Of a DNA stretch of 64,000 bases, positions 39,919 to 50,341 are shown piece after piece. How positions within the stretch are numbered: position 1 is the first letter of the stretch; each line of letters starts with the position of its first letter. Both the position numbers and the translations under genes were made by a program. The DNA is taken from positions 1,888,001 through 1,952,000 of the forward strand of contig CBDCYI010000005.1 in assembly GCA_965224085.1 (NCBI GenBank), in the 5' to 3' direction. The notes under the pieces were generated by a model, which worked only from the letters and a program-made list of their open reading frames with translations, made no database searches and was not told the origin of the DNA. The stretch comes from Candidatus Marinacidobacterales bacterium (GTDB lineage Bacteria; Acidobacteriota; Vicinamibacteria; Marinacidobacterales; SMYC01).

Positions 39919-40220
39919 GATGGACTCCTCCGCTGACATAGACGGCATCGATGTGCCAAAGTCAGTCGAAAGAACGCATCGAAAAAGGAGGAGTTCCGAA
40001 TGAAAGATACGACGATCGCTGTGGATCTTGCAAAGAACGTCTTCGAGATTGCCATCTCGCGCGAAGCGGGGAAGGTGTCCAAGCAACTCCGTGTGAGTCG
40101 ACCCAAGTTGGTGTCGTTTTTTGCGAAACAGAGCGCTGCCACCGTGCTTCTTGAAGCCTGCGGCTCGGCTCACTTCTGGGCAAGGACGTTGCAACGGTTG
40201 GGACACGACGTCGTCCTGCT
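39919..40220 (+). mobile_element. IS110-family (IS1111-like) left end and N-terminal fragment
   Basis: ATGGACTCCTCC sub-terminal motif, AGGAGG RBS, IAVDLAKNVFE..LEACGSAHFWAR. Confidence 0.85.
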
Positions 40221-40401
40221 CCCGTCCTGTGCCAAAACTCGGCCCTTTTGAAATAGCCGATAAATCAAGCAGCTTAGTGTCTGTATTTACGGCCGTGCCA
40301 AGGGCCGAGCGCGAACAAACGACGAAATCATGCAGGCATGGTCCCTGCAGACCGGAGACCAATCAAGTTCGGGGCGCGCGGATGAATACATAGAAGGCAC
40401 A
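40221..40401. mobile_element. Chimeric mini-element (type-A end + type-D end)
   Basis: CCCGTCCTGTGCCAAAACTC ... GGATGAATACATAGAAGGCACA. Confidence 0.75.
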
Positions 40402-40413
40402 ACTACTGCCGTG

Positions 40414-40560
40414 CCCGTCTGGTCAAAATACTCATGCGGCTTCCCGATGGTAGAAATTGTCGACGGTCGCCAGCCCGTTGGGCTGACCTCGAGCTACCTC
40501 TTGCATCATCCGTTTCTCGACGATTGGGACAAACAGCGCGCCCTCATCGCAACGTCTTAA
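40414..40560. pseudogene. Type-G rve end fused to a serine recombinase C-terminal scrap
   Basis: Minus strand NFYHREAA* + GAGTATTTTGACCAGACGGG; plus strand IVDGRQPVGLTSSYLLHHP matches the 51615-53276 C-terminus. Confidence 0.7.
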
Positions 40561-40639
40561 GGCAGACCACGCTGTAAACCAACCCGCGGCGTCGGCCACG
40601 CTCGCTCTTGGCCTGCGCTGTGTCGGCGAACGCCATCGG

Positions 40640-40841
40640 CCCCGTCCTGTCCAAAAATACAAACGAACTCAAGATCAGACCCAGAATTGCCTATTTTTCA
40701 TTGGTTTCCAGCCAAGACCGGCCAGCTCCGGTCGGCCTGTGCTCCGCAAAAAAAGAAGATCGCGTACCGCTGGGTCGACTTTTTGCGGAGCACAACCGGA
40801 AGTTCGCTAATCTCATACAGCTCGAGTTTATGGAAGGGACA
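40640..40841. mobile_element. Chimeric mini-element (A-like end + type-E end)
   Basis: CCCGTCCTGTCCAAAAATAC ... GAGTTTATGGAAGGGACA; internal GCAAAAAAAGAAGATCGCGTA also occurs (inverted) near 6890 and 36980. Confidence 0.65.
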
Positions 40842-40861
40842 ACCGATGAAATCACTGGTAC

Positions 40862-43800
40862 TTATTGCGCTTCAGGTTCTGACAATCTCGCAGCCCAAGT
40901 CCACCAACGGTATACGCAATCTCTTGCAACGCCATTTGGCAGTTTGTTAGCTGCCGGGCTTGCTAAAGCACGAAGCTCTAGTTCGTTCTCAACTAAAACG
41001 GGAAGGTCGTCGATATAGCCGTTTTCGCGTAAATATTGATCAAGATTGTCAAAACTACTCCGTCGGAAACCTTCCAGGCGTGGATCTTCTTTCGTCTCAA
41101 GGACAGTGATAAGCATCTCCGGATCGCCACACAATTCATCGGCGATCGCAACAACGTCACCTAGATAGCGCTCGCTCAAGGCACCACTATTTTCGATAGC
41201 TTCGCGATCGACGGGCCGGCCCCTTCCCTGTTTCCACAACTCACAGAAGACCTCAAGCAGGTCCAACCGGAACGCGATCTCCTGCGAAGATATCGAGCGG
41301 GAACCCAATTTATCGGCCAGCGCGGTACCTGAAACGATTTTCCATTGTCCTGCCGACTCGATGCCGTTCACCAGAAAGTCATGCAGCAGGTCCGGATCGT
41401 CCCACAGGACATAGAAAAAGTGCTGCGCTGCATATCCAAGAGCAGGTTCCAATAAGGGTACGCCAAGAGCCACACCATATTCTGTGGCTGATAATCCATT
41501 GGGTGCCAGGACCTTTGGCCTCTGCTCGACATGGAGCGCAAGCGGCCCGCTCACGCTAGCTGCCTGTGAGCGGATTAAGCCGAGGTCGATCTTGGCGGCT
41601 ATCTCGCAATTCTCTTCGGCGAGCGCATACTGAATACGGTCAATGTCGAAAGGGTCGCTGGTGAGATAAAATATCTGGCGCTCCTGGTCGTTCGCGATAC
41701 GTCCAAGGCTGCGAACAATCGCTTCGAAACGTTCAGGATCGCTCTGATCCAGCGCCTCATCGAGAAACAAAGGAAGTGTTCTGCCCTGTTCCACCTCCTC
41801 GGCAAAAGCTATTCGTGCCGCCAACAGCAACTGGGCGCGCGTACCGTCCGAAAGTTCTTCCAGTTCTCGACCCTCGCCACTGTGTAGCTCGATAGCAAAC
41901 AAACGAGGCTTCTTGGCTTCTTTGCCTAAACGTAGTTCGTAGTTGTGATGTGTAAATGCGGAAAAATGGCTTCGGGCACGTTCAAAAACGCGAGGCATCT
42001 GGGTCTGTTCATACTCCTGTTCGACAGTGTCAATCAGAAATTTTCCGGCCTTTGCGAAAAGCGCCTCGTCGAGACGATCCCGCAGTTTTGTTCGGACTTT
42101 TTCACGCACAGCAATGAGATCCTGAATGTTGCTGCCGCTCTTGGCTTCGTTCACCTGAGCCTTGATTTCTGCAATCGCATCCCGCAATTTGGCCGCCTTT
42201 TCCACTGCCTGGAAAAGGTCGCCCTGAAGCCGTTCGAGCGCCGGCCTGTCGCAATCGGCGAGTTCGGCTTCATTAGCTTTTTCAAGCTCGCCACGATCAA
42301 GCTCAATCTGACCTTCAAGCCGTGCCGCGGTGCTCTTTAGGTCAAGATAGTGCGGCAATGAATGCAGCAGTGCCGTAAGGCCATGCAAATCGCCGTCATC
42401 CAGTGACACTTCCGAGTAGATTGTTTTATCGAATTGAGCGCCACGTTGCGATCGCTTGAAATCTGCTCGCGTTGTTTGGTAGCCCATTGTTTGTCTGACA
42501 TTGCTTTTTCTAACCGCATGCTGCGATCCGCCAAATTGTTGAGATAAGCCCTGGCCGTTGCAGCATCCGTGGGCCGCGATTCACCATGACGCTCGAGAAG
42601 ACCAGCTAGGTCCGAGAGATATCTTGTGTATCTCGCTTCAAGACCCTCGACCTTACCGGCAACGCCTTCGTTCTTGCTGCGGGCTAAGCGGAGTTGGTCG
42701 AGTGCTCGTGCAAAATCTACGAGTTCCGCGTCGGACAGGATCGAGTCAAGTTTCAGGCTGTCCTTCAGCTTCTGCCTTCTAGATTTGAGGGCAGTTTCCA
42801 TTTCTGACAATCCGTTCAACTCGTTCGTGAGCGTGTGCCGTTCTACATCGCGATCGCGCGCTCGTTGCAAACTTGCTTCGACAACTGCGGTTTCTCTCTC
42901 CAGACTGCGCAGTCGAAACTCGACCGAAGGGATATCCCATGTGTCGGGTTCTTCGACACCAAGCTTTTCGAACGTTTCCTGTGCAGCATTTCGTTCGCCC
43001 AAAGAAGCTCTAGGATTGCCCAATATGAATACCGGTATAGCAATCCCCATGCTTGCGGCCGCCAACAGGGCAAACATCGGATCAACGAAGACGGCCAATC
43101 CGGCACCCGCAACAGTCATAGCAAAGGAGAATAATACCCAGGATCGACGAGTCCGAATCCTATCCGATAGTGGCTCCTCTTCGGGTACGCGCAGCCAAGA
43201 CCGCAATTCTTCAGCTGCGCTTCGGGTTCTCTCAAGGTCACGCGGGTTGCCTCCGGACTGTTCGACATGCGCAAGGAGACGCAATCTTTCTTCGATGACG
43301 TTGCCCCGCGCCTTATGTGCTTCGACAGCACGTAGGAATTCGAACAACTGGCCATGGTCGGCCAAATCCAGCAGCGCCTCATCTACATCGCCTCCGCCCA
43401 GCGCCGCTAGCGCCGCCGCAAGTTCCTTCCGGCGAGCGTTGTGTTCGGTTCTCGCCGCCTGAAACGCCAATTCAACCGTGCTCAACTTGTCCGCCTTTGC
43501 GCGCTGAGTCGTAAGTTCTGCATGGTCCAAAGGGGCTGATAGGCAAGTATCCTGTTGCGCAAGAGTGGCATCCGCCAACTGCTTTTCCACTGAACGGGCC
43601 CGTTCGGAAAATTCATTGAGCTGACCTTGGAGCTGCTCGATTTGCTCGACCTCTTTTCCTGTAAGTTTCGCTAGGCCGTCAGGCAGGGCTGCCATCTTTT
43701 CGGCGACGCCGGCATATTCTTCCAGGCGACCGGCAAGTCCGAGAGCGCGTTCTACAGACGAGAGGCGATCTGCGCTCGATTGTGCCGTGGCGAGTTGCGT

Positions 43801-44361
43801 CCCGAGGGACTCCAGCTGATCCGCGCGCTGCTGAAGGCTCGACTGCTTTCCTTCCGCCTCCCTAACATCCTGCAACGCCGTATTGAGATCGTTTCGCTCA
43901 CGACGGCCGTGTCGTGCGCTCACGCCAGCGAACAGGTCGGACGCAATCCGGTCCAAATCAAACCCGCCCGACATCTGGCGCCGAATCTCGGAAGCAATGT
44001 CTTGCGTGCCGTCCGGCGACGGATCTATCAGATCCCTCAGGCGCAGGAAAAAACAGCGATGGTTATGGGATGCAGGCAGGTTTGGCGGCACGCTGTCCTC
44101 TCCACCACGCTGCCAACGCACACGTGATCCCTCACGCTCCGCCCACCATGCATCCCTATCCAACTCAAACTCACCATTCACCAAGGTTCGCGGTGACGGT
44201 TCACGGTCTTCCCAATACAAACTTTCAACCGCGCGGCAAATGCTCGATTTACCGATCCCGTTCGGCCCGAAAACAACGTGGAAACCTGCTCCTGCCGGCT
44301 CGATCTCAAACGGTTGGCCGATCCCCGGAAGCCGGTTTATGGTGAGTCGTTTCAGTTTCAC
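40862..44361 (-). CDS. YhaN/Rad50-like SMC-type ATPase with central TM segments; frameshift near 42430
   Basis: FGPNGIGKSS Walker A, long coiled coil, hydrophobic hairpin, LSDGTRAQLLLAARI signature and LFLDE Walker B in the second ORF. Confidence 0.8.
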
Positions 44362-45701
44362 GATGGATCGCCCTGCACATGGCGAGAGAGCATGGCGTTC
44401 AAGGCTGCCTTCCCGGATCGAAAGAGAATGTCGCGCAAGGCATCGTCCGATAGAGGGTCTGTCGCGTTGCGATGATCTTGAACAGGCGACCAGATATCTT
44501 TCCGGGAAATATTGCTCAACTCGGCACGCGCCTTTTCGAGCAATGCCCTGGACCGGTCATCATCGCGCTGAAGTATTAGGAGTCGTTGCGCCATCAGAGC
44601 TGCCGGGTCATCTCCCGCTGCAATTTCCGAGAGGTCTAGCCGCACCTCCATCGAGTCGATGATTTTATTAAAGAAGACGGCAGTATCACCGACGATACGT
44701 CCCAGCGTGTTCCATTCGTCCCCAGCAATCCGCTGCCGGATGTCCTCATATCGAGGGCTTGCCCCTGTCAGCTGCACACGCAGGCCGAGTGCGCGGGGTG
44801 CGGTGCCAGCTTCGCCGAGCTGGCGAACAAATCTCTCCGCTTCGCCCAGCAATCTGTCAGGCACGTCCTCAACATGCTCAAGCCCATCGATTGAAACGGT
44901 CGCATATTCCCATCGAAGAGGTGCGAGCGGCACCTGCTCAAAGTGAAGATCGCCACCATTGGATATTCTCAAGAGCCAGGGGCCATGCGGGCCTACTTCC
45001 GACGGATCGAGCCCAATCAGAGAACCGAGATAGCCAGATGGCCGAGAATCTGTCGATGCTGAGAGCCTTTCGATCGAAGGTTTATGAATATGGCCCAACA
45101 ACCAAGCATCATAGCCGGTATTGTCGAGTTCGGCCTGCCTGATTGGCGCATAATGCCCGCCGGAGGCGTCGAGATCGGCATGCAGCAAACCAATCCTCGG
45201 GATCGGTGACGAAGGCGTCTCCAGCGGTTCTTCCAAGAGCTGCGCAACCGGGCTTTGACGCACAAACCGTTCACCAAAAGACCAGCCAATTATTTCCGCA
45301 ACTGGAGACTGGTTTTTGGTTATCATCCTCGCTTCCCATTGGCCACCGGCGCCCAACAGGGTGAAACCGTCGATCAAGGCCGCCAGCCTTGGCAATGCCT
45401 CAACATCATGGTTGCCTGCAACAGCGATGACCTGGATTCCCGCTTCCAATAGCCGTCGAATGCTTTCCTCAAGTGGCAGCATTGCCTCGAACCTAGAATT
45501 GGTGCTTTCAACGACATCGCCGGCGAATAGCACTGCATCCAGCTTCTGTTCAATCGCAAAATCGACAGAAAGTTTGAGAGCGGCTGCAGGCGTGAGTTCC
45601 CTCGGATCAAGGCCCCAGGATGAAATCTCGTCAGGCACTCCCGAGCAAGCCGTGCCGAGGTGAACATCACCAATCGCGAGAATTGCAGCGCCTTCATCCA
45701 T
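44358..45701 (-). CDS. Mre11/SbcD/YhaO-like metallophosphoesterase
   Basis: GDVHLG, FAGDVVE, AGNHD, LLH, LLGHIH, YLGS; its stop overlaps the ATPase start. Confidence 0.9.
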   Translation of the reverse strand: MDEGAAILAIGDVHLGTACSGVPDEISSWGLDPRELTPAAALKLSVDFAIEQKLDAVLFAGDVVESTNSRFEAMLPLEESIRRLLEAGIQVIAVAGNHDVEALPRLAALIDGFTLLGAGGQWEARMITKNQSPVAEIIGWSFGERFVRQSPVAQLLEEPLETPSSPIPRIGLLHADLDASGGHYAPIRQAELDNTGYDAWLLGHIHKPSIERLSASTDSRPSGYLGSLIGLDPSEVGPHGPWLLRISNGGDLHFEQVPLAPLRWEYATVSIDGLEHVEDVPDRLLGEAERFVRQLGEAGTAPRALGLRVQLTGASPRYEDIRQRIAGDEWNTLGRIVGDTAVFFNKIIDSMEVRLDLSEIAAGDDPAALMAQRLLILQRDDDRSRALLEKARAELSNISRKDIWSPVQDHRNATDPLSDDALRDILFRSGKAALNAMLSRHVQGDPS

Positions 45702-45958
45702 TCGATTTTGGACCACCCTGATCAACGAAATGACAATAAACCGTGGTACCCAGGATTCATTGCCGCGGGTCCGCCAGATAGTCGAAATGCTCTAGAAAAT
45801 TAACAATCATATGGAACGCCTCCGCCGCCTTCGCATACCCACCCGCTATTTCCATGATCCTCCTCGCCAATCAAAAGGTACTTATATACTTGACGCTGCT
45901 CAGAGCTTCCATCGTTGATCTCAATTCTCCATAGTTCGGCACAGGTTTTGTTGATCTG

Positions 45959-46410
45959 TCACTCAAGCAATGCCTTGAGTAATGCATCTGGCGTGTCCGA
46001 GTAAAACTGGATGTTGATCCGCGTCGCCATGTCGTCGGAGAGTTCGAACAGTTGCTTCCTTGCCGACACTGGCATGAGCATGGTATCGGCGCCTTTCTCA
46101 ACGGCGACCTCGATAATACCAACGGCATTGGTCAGTGGCTCCACTGAACCACCGAGATTGAGTGCGCCGACCACGATCAGACCACCCTTGGTGCTTTTCT
46201 CAAGCAGTCCGCCGCAAAGGGCCATAAGTGTCGGCAGGCCGAGCGACGTTCCGCTTCGATCATTATCCATAGCACGGAGCTGTAACGAAAACTCGTGAGA
46301 GCGCGGATCGCGGTCTCCAACCAGTTGCTTTGACCTTGTATACAGGTTTTGCTCGGCGTATCTGACACTCTCGCGAAATGTAGGTGGAACCGGTGCATTC
46401 AGGATCTTAA
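45959..46410 (-). pseudogene. brxL: BREX Lon-like protease BrxL, C-terminal fragment
   Basis: RESVRYAEQNLY..DRDPRSHEFSLQLR..GALNLGGS..AVEKGA..LMPVSARKQL..DALLKAL; cut by a type-A end. Confidence 0.8.
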
Positions 46411-46554
46411 CCCCGTCGTGTGCCAAAACTCGGCCCTTTTGAAATAGACCATAAATCAGCAGCTTAGTGTCTATGGTGCGCTCCCGTGAACGGCTTTGGC
46501 GGGTTGCTACGTTTCTACCATCGGGAAGCCGCATGAGTATTTTGACCTCACGGG
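46411..46554. mobile_element. Chimeric mini-element (type-A end + type-G end)
   Basis: The first ~85 bp match 4506-4590; then GLLRFYHREAA* and GAGTATTTTGACCTCACGGG. Confidence 0.75.
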
Positions 46555-46589
46555 GACATCCCCGTTAGGGGCTGGCCGCCAACACTTAA

Positions 46590-46778
46590 CCCTAATCGCA
46601 AATAGACGTCACCGTGTCTGAGGTCTTTGGCCCCGTGAATAGCACCTTTTCCAGGTTCTGCATACACCGTGCAGAATCACCTATAGTGGCGGCGAGCGGG
46701 TGCCCCAGCACGAGCTTCTCGCCTGCGCCCAGTGCGGCTGTTTCGCGTTTTCGTGCTTCGAAGATTTTGCGATTAGGG
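46590..46778 (+). mobile_element. TTAA-targeting 189-bp MITE, copy 4, inside an IS1-type TIR (46579-46795)
   Basis: CCAACAC-TTAA|CCCT...AGGG|TTAA-TTGCGGAAGCACC. Confidence 0.92.
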
Positions 46779-46857
46779 TTAATTGCGGAAGCACCGTGGA
46801 GGATTGTGACATTGAGCAAATTATACCTTTTCGGCTCCCCTCTCTCACGCACGCCCA

Positions 46858-49800
46858 TCAAGAATGCGCGATCTTGCAGAAAACGTTGAGCAACGACACC
46901 TCGTTCATCGAGCCAGCCGAAGCACCTGCGATGCGCGGATCGCCTACGATGACGGCCATGCACTGTGCCCGAGACAGAGCTACGTTGATCCGGTTGCGGT
47001 CCAGAATAAAGGAAAGTCCACGGGAGCCGTACTCCCCGTAGCTTGAGCAGGTCGAGAATATGCAGATCGGCGCTTCCTGGCCCTGAAACTTGTCCACACT
47101 ACCAACACGCGCACCGTCTAGGAGTTCCGCTTGAAGAGCGCGAACTTGTGCGTTGTAGGGAGTGATGAATAGGAAGTCATCTAAGGCCAGCTTCTTGTCG
47201 CTTCCATCTGATGTACGATACGTTCTTCCAAGTAGCTCTTCGTATACTGCCTTCACCTGCGCAATCTCTTCGTCGCTCTGCTGAATGTTGCCGTCGTGCT
47301 CAATGCCAATAAACACAACGCCGTTCCCTTTTGTTATTAGGCTGGCGTTCTCCGGAATTTCTACTTCTTGCTTCGCGCAGTCCGGATGTGACACAAGACG
47401 GCCCTCATAAGCGGTCTCAGATACGAAACGACACACAGAAGGATGCATGCGTCGAGACTCCCCAAGGAAGAGCCCGTGGTCCACAGGCACGACGGCGTGA
47501 TACACGGGCCGATCAGGCTTGCTCGCCTCAAAGTCCTTAAGTACGTATTGCAGCGACGACAACCCGGAATCTCCTGGATGGGTCCCTTGGATAGGTTGCT
47601 CAAGCTGCATCTGGTCACCTAGCAAGACAAGATTCGTAGTGCTACGGGCCATCGCAACGGCATTCGCTAGAGACACCTGACCGGCTTCATCGATGAAGAG
47701 AAAGTCGAGCGCGCCCTCCCACTCTGGGAGGGTAAACAGCCATGCCGTTCCGCCGACGATCCCACCGCCATACGCATCCTTAGCGTCTTTATTGCTCTTG
47801 ATGTGCTGGAGTTCGGGATTGTCCTCGAATAGCTGGATATCTGCGTCGCCTCCGATCTTGATGCCACGAAGTGTATCGCCATTCGCGCGATGTGCCTCCC
47901 CACTACCTTCAAGAAGGCGCACTATGGCCTTGTGACTATTGGAGGCCACACCGACACGTTTTCCCGCATCCAGTAAAAAAGTGATCATCTGCGCGGCGGT
48001 ATACGTTTTGCCAGTCCCTGGCGGGCCTTGCACAACGAGACATTCGCCATTCATCGAATGCGCGGCTTGGACAGCTTCATCGACCTGAGACTCGGCCTTC
48101 TTCTCGGCGATGGCAACTGGCGCCTGTCGTTCCAGCATCGCTACGATGGGCGGGTGCAGTTTCTGTGCGAGGTGCTCCTCCGCAATGTTTGTAAGCGCGG
48201 CCTGTATCGAGGCGGCGGGCACATACTCGTTTGGTATCAACGAGCCGTAGTGCGGGAACGCACCCCCGAGCTTCTCGTCCAAGCCCTTCTGGCTGATCTT
48301 GACCTGAAGTCGTCCTTCCTGAAGGTCCAACGAGGCAAGGCCCAACGTTGCGCCAATGTTGTGGGAAAACATAACCCTTGTCTTGCCATCAGCTGCAAGC
48401 TTGCATTCCTGAGAGGGGTCGAACTCGTAGGTCTGAACCAGGGAGCGCTTCTCCGCTTCTGGTGGGCCAACAGCCGTGACGCCTTGGACGCAACCCGAGT
48501 CATCCCAAAGCTCTTCGTCACTCGCTTCGGCGCGGTCAAACATCCGCCACCACATCGGCTTTTCCTCGCGCCGATGAAAGTCGACGAGATCTGCAAGTGT
48601 GGCGGAGATCGAGTCATCCCGCTTGCGCAGATTTTCAACAGCTGCCCGTCGAGCGAGCACCTCAGGCGGCAGTTCCTTATCACCAGAATCAGCGGATTTG
48701 GAAGAGGAATCCCCGACGGCAGGCGACGAGTAAGAGATCTTGTTTTCAGCGGCGAGCGTTCGGAGCCAAGCAAGAAAGTCTGAGGTTGAAGCGCAGTCGT
48801 CCTCGTTATAGTCCCGGATGCCTTTCAAGATCGCACTATCTTCCCAACGCGGCCCCTCCTCACTCCCACTCCAATGGGCGTAACGGACAACAGAGCCTAG
48901 CGCTGTTGTCACATCCGTGGATCGCCCAGGCCGATAGAGGCGCTCGATAGATTTCAGTGAATAATCTTGTTCTCCGACAACAAGGCCACGACGCAATACG
49001 CGATAGAGATCGACGAATACGTTGCCCCGGAGCAAATCATCGACTTCGTCCTGCCGCGTGTCGTGACGGGTGCTTAGTCGTCGTAACGCGCCCACGTCAT
49101 AAGCACCGAAATGGTAGATGTGCATCGCTGGGTTGTCTTTCCAGCGGCCGTGGATCCAATCGATGAAGCTCTCGAAAGCGACCTTTTCCTCATCGCGTGT
49201 GTGTGCCCACCAATCATGGAATTGTGGATCGCCGGTTTTCGCGTCGAAGGTCCGTGCGCCAAACAGATATTCCAGGCCACCGGGAACGAGCGGGTAGCCC
49301 TCGATGTCAAAGACTACGTCTGCAGGATCTACCGGGGGTAACGTGGCAAGGCCGACGGCCTCATAGTTCGGCCCAGTTGAAGGGAGTAATTCGTATCGTG
49401 GCGGTGCACCCGGATTCGCGGTCCGGTCTTCACGAGTGCCACATTGTAGCCGGGCCTGTGTGGAAAGCTTTTCGAGAGAATTCTCCGCAAGCTTCGGAAT
49501 CGACGTTCCGGACGCCTCAGCGAGTTGGGCCATCGTTGTTACGCCCGCGGCCTTCAGTTTCTTTATCTGACCGACTGTGATGCCCGCGACGCGCACGAGG
49601 TGGTCGGTTTTCCCAAAGAAGTGCTCTGCATGCGAAGTCCATCGCCCATGGTCAGCTCCAGGCAACGGCTTCGGGCGGTCGTCGATGTTACCGGAAAAGC
49701 CGTCCTGCATAGCTAGAAACTCGGCCTTTAAGTGACGGTAGTAGTGGAGAAAATCTTCGACACGAAATTCAACCCTGTCTTTTGTGCCGAGAATAATCCC

Positions 49801-50283
49801 GAACTTTTCAGGCAGCGCCTCGTCGGCGGATTCCGCAAGCATTTCGGAATAGCAGCATAGCTGGATCGCATAGTAGGGTTTCGGGGAGTGCGCAAGTTTC
49901 GCATCCCAGACTTGGTATTGCTCCGTGTCGTCAAGGGTCAGAAAGTCGGCGAAGCCGGCGAACCGGTCGTGCTCAAGAGCCGCTTGGTAAATGATGGGAG
50001 CCTTCGTTTTGAGAGCCTCTAACGTATCGGCACGTGCTTGCCTTATGTCGTCCGTCGCGATTTCGGCGACCCCTATCCCAGATGCCTTGAAATCCTCCAG
50101 GACCGAGTGCTCATGCTCGTTTCCTGTTTCGGCGATGAGTCTTTGGTCCTCTGTCTCTTCGTCCGGTTTCAACTCACCCGGATTCTCAAGATTGAAGCGA
50201 TCCATCCAAGAGGAAAACGGAGAGGCGACGAAACGCACCAAGTCACTCGGCGAAAAGATTATTTTGTCTCCGTGGGTGATCAT
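46858..50283 (-). CDS. TM0106-family RecB-like nuclease fused to RNase H-like and SF1 (Dna2/Upf1-like) helicase domains
   Basis: FSPSDL, GFADFL, DAKL, QLCCY, FDIEG, YSLKSIE, YNEDD, QGPPGTGKT, FIDEAGQ, GDQMQL, VDKFQGQE, NVALSRA. Confidence 0.92.
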   Translation of the reverse strand: MITHGDKIIFSPSDLVRFVASPFSSWMDRFNLENPGELKPDEETEDQRLIAETGNEHEHSVLEDFKASGIGVAEIATDDIRQARADTLEALKTKAPIIYQAALEHDRFAGFADFLTLDDTEQYQVWDAKLAHSPKPYYAIQLCCYSEMLAESADEALPEKFGIILGTKDRVEFRVEDFLHYYRHLKAEFLAMQDGFSGNIDDRPKPLPGADHGRWTSHAEHFFGKTDHLVRVAGITVGQIKKLKAAGVTTMAQLAEASGTSIPKLAENSLEKLSTQARLQCGTREDRTANPGAPPRYELLPSTGPNYEAVGLATLPPVDPADVVFDIEGYPLVPGGLEYLFGARTFDAKTGDPQFHDWWAHTRDEEKVAFESFIDWIHGRWKDNPAMHIYHFGAYDVGALRRLSTRHDTRQDEVDDLLRGNVFVDLYRVLRRGLVVGEQDYSLKSIERLYRPGRSTDVTTALGSVVRYAHWSGSEEGPRWEDSAILKGIRDYNEDDCASTSDFLAWLRTLAAENKISYSSPAVGDSSSKSADSGDKELPPEVLARRAAVENLRKRDDSISATLADLVDFHRREEKPMWWRMFDRAEASDEELWDDSGCVQGVTAVGPPEAEKRSLVQTYEFDPSQECKLAADGKTRVMFSHNIGATLGLASLDLQEGRLQVKISQKGLDEKLGGAFPHYGSLIPNEYVPAASIQAALTNIAEEHLAQKLHPPIVAMLERQAPVAIAEKKAESQVDEAVQAAHSMNGECLVVQGPPGTGKTYTAAQMITFLLDAGKRVGVASNSHKAIVRLLEGSGEAHRANGDTLRGIKIGGDADIQLFEDNPELQHIKSNKDAKDAYGGGIVGGTAWLFTLPEWEGALDFLFIDEAGQVSLANAVAMARSTTNLVLLGDQMQLEQPIQGTHPGDSGLSSLQYVLKDFEASKPDRPVYHAVVPVDHGLFLGESRRMHPSVCRFVSETAYEGRLVSHPDCAKQEVEIPENASLITKGNGVVFIGIEHDGNIQQSDEEIAQVKAVYEELLGRTYRTSDGSDKKLALDDFLFITPYNAQVRALQAELLDGARVGSVDKFQGQEAPICIFSTCSSYGEYGSRGLSFILDRNRINVALSRAQCMAVIVGDPRIAGASAGSMNEVSLLNVFCKIAHS

Positions 50284-50341
50284 GAAGCGTCTACCTGAAT
50301 CCGTGCAAGAGATGGAGTATTACTCGGACACGGGGGGGATG

